A stretch of 64,000 nt of DNA from Octopus sinensis (lineage: Eukaryota): contig NC_043005.1 in the NCBI RefSeq assembly GCF_006345805.1, positions 90,086,001 to 90,150,000 of the forward strand. The letters run 5' to 3'. Under the pieces are notes generated by a model, which saw nothing but the letters and a program-made list of their open reading frames with translations, was not told where the DNA came from and ran no database searches. Shown one piece after another: positions 61,407 to 64,000 of this stretch; the first letter of the stretch is position 1, and the number at the start of each line of letters is the position of its first letter. The position numbers and the translations under genes were made by a program.

Positions 61407-63912
61407 CTGAAGTAGAAGAGAAAACACAAGTTGTACAATTTGTATATTTAATGAGGAAACCAAGACAGAAAAGGGAGAAGGGATAAAACAAGAAAACCCC
61501 AGCCCTTTCTGGGTTGAAAATTCCACAGGTTACTTTCATTCACAACATAAATTGTTTCATTTTTAAATTTTCATTTTTCTCATGTTTGAAGCTATTTGTG
61601 AGAGATTTTTCTATAACCTTCCAGTACCGATCTTGTTGCCAACACTAACCCGTTTTCAAGTAAGGTAATATTTCCCCATTGCCAGATATATGTTTCACAA
61701 AAGACTACAAATGAAAACCATTTGTATGACGGAGATGCTCATTTACAACTGCAATAGGAGACACAGATACACCCTGCCCCACCTCGCGAAAACACACATT
61801 GTGTGCATGTGTGATGGACTCTCCCATCAAAGACAACATGAGCGTCCAGCTTTCACCAAATGACCTGCACAAATATCTGAGCTGTACATTACCCTACATC
61901 AAATTGCTGTTGCATGTTAGGGTGCACAGTTACCATGCATACGCATCAAAGTGATCAAAGAACAAACAGATGAATTGTTTAACTAATACATAAAGCACCA
62001 CCTGGCCTAGGAACTGAAATTACGATCTAAAGATCATGAGCCTAACTACTAGGCCAAGCACCTCATGTGTCTGCATATTCTTTTTCTGTTTAATTTCTCT
62101 TATTCCTTTCTGTTGAAGAGCACAAGCTTGAAACATAAAAGACTTCATTTCCCCCGAGTGTCAAACTAATACACTTGCTTGTTGTTCATACACCTGTCTT
62201 CGTCTTTTGTTTTTCTATAAACTATAAACATACACAAAGTTGTTGGTATTAATAAGGGCATCCAGCCATAGAAACCATACCAAATCAGAGTCTTGAGTAG
62301 TGGTTCTCAACAGGAGGCCATAAGATTTGGGAAATAAATTGGTTATACCTCTACAATGCACCAAATATTTTCAATTTTAATACAATTCCTATTAATATTT
62401 AATTATAAAAATATAAGATTTTTTAAAACATCAAATAGCTACAAGGCTCCATTGGAGTAAAATAGGAACCAAAGAGGTCCATAGGTGAAAAAAGGTTGAG
62501 GAGCACTGCTCCAGCATATGACAGAGTTCTTTGCCCCATAGGGACCCTATCACAACCATTCAACTCATTCAGTTTGGGGTTAAATGATGATGTAGACTTA
62601 AGTGTTAGAAAGGGCATCAAAGCTGTAGAAACAATGCCAAAGCAGACTTGGAACCTAGCAGAGACTTGTCTGTTCTTGTCAAACTGTCCAAGTCATGTTA
62701 GCACAGGTAAAAAAGAGTGCTAAATGAGAATATGAGGGACTTTGTTCAGCTTTTGCCTACCAAATCTACTCACAAAGCTATAGTGGTAGACACTTGCTGA
62801 TGGTGTCACACAGTGGGACTGAGCCTGAAACCATGTACTTAGAGAATTCCAATCATCATCATTGTTTAATGTCCACTTTCCATGCTGGCAAGCCAGAAGG
62901 CTACATCAGGCTCCAATCTGATCTGGTATGGTTTCTACAGCTGGATGCCCTTCCTCATGCTAACCACTCCGAGAGTGTCGTGGGTGTTTTTTACATGCCA
63001 CTGGCATGAGGGCCAGCCAGGCGGTACTGGCATCGACCATGCTCGAATAGTGCATTTTATGTGCCACCGGCATGAGAACCAGTCAGGCAGCACTGGCATC
63101 GACCACATTAAAATAGTGCATTTTATGTGCCATGGCACGGGAGCCAGTCCAGTACGACTGGCATCAACCATGCTTGAATTGTGCTTTTTACGCGCCAGGA
63201 AAGTGGTACTGGCATCAGTTTATTGTCCAATGATTGAAGAGTACTCTTAAATGGGCTGTTTATACGACACTGGCACAGGCCACAGTTACGGTCTCACTTG
63301 GCTTTCAAGGTCTTCTCAAGCAAAAATATATTACTAAAAACTTGCATTTAATCCACCCTAAAAAGACATTAATACCAGCAGAAGAATCTGAGAGCAAAAA
63401 GGCACTGTGGAATGAAATATTGCAATGCATTTACTGTGGTAATCCATGGTTACCAGAACTTTTACTTTTTTTTTTTATATCTTGGAGATAGAAAAGTCTC
63501 TTAATACTCCCACAAGACAGAATTTCAGGATATACATAAAAGGAATTTTTACCTTTTAGCCTTTGACTTGTTTTACTCATTAGACTATAATTAAGAATTT
63601 TTAGTAGCATGAATTGACCCCATTACTTTATCAGTCAAACTGCTAAGTTACAGGGATGTCAACACACCAACACCAGTTGTTAAGCGATGGTAGGGGACAA
63701 ACACACACGTATATACATATAAGACAAGTTTCTTTCAATTTCTGTGTACCAGATCCACTCACAAGGCTTTGCTCGGCCCAAGGTGCCATGCAGTGGGATT
63801 GAACTCGGAACAGTGTGATTGGGAAGCAAACCTCTTACTAGAAATACAACAGGTCATCTTACAAAAATAAGCACTTTGCTGCAGATTAAAGCATTTCCAG
63901 AAAAATACTCAC

Positions 63913-63966
63913 TACATGGAATCTTGAGACTGGTCAAGGCTGTTATACATGGCAGGAAGACAATAC
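63913..63966 (-). CDS. RIF1: RIF1 internal coding exon (first in window; gene continues beyond right edge)
   Basis: cttgtcacag|G...TA|gtgagt, 54 nt. Encodes YCLPAMYNSLDQSQDSM, resembling the PAMYNNLDxSQD segment of vertebrate RIF1. Phase 2 end matches the next exon. Confidence 0.85.
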
Positions 63967-64000
63967 CTGTGACAAGAATAAATAAGCAAATAGATAAAAA

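Overview
AT-rich, microsatellite-dense animal genomic DNA, most likely Octopus or another coleoid cephalopod (inferred from repeat families and mollusc-type exons, not proven). Two spliced host genes can be assembled by hand on the minus strand. (1) The 3' ten coding exons of RIF1 (63966 to 39236): about 1650 codons, all GT-AG, with phases consistent throughout. They carry the GILK/RVSF PP1-docking motifs, the conserved C-terminal domain and an unusual exon of about 22 x 33-bp coding repeats. (2) The first two coding exons of an SLC22 organic-cation-transporter gene (11979-11837, 2197-1975), which continues off the left edge. An intronless Myb/SANT-like, poly-Q ORF (12609-13127, +) lies head-to-head with the SLC22 start, and an orphan CpG-rich promoter-like island sits near 25.6-25.9 kb. 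The rest is mostly mobile DNA: at least three families of R4/Dong-like restriction-endonuclease retrotransposons embedded in (TAA)n microsatellites (one nearly full length), a HERO-like fragment, CR1-like and RTE-like LINEs, Penelope-like remnants with inverted hammerhead-like motifs, non-autonomous Helitrons, mariner remnants and many SINE-like repeats. No rRNA, true tRNA or CRISPR array is supported. Family assignments come from recalled motifs, not database searches. TE coordinates are approximate except where a junction is quoted.
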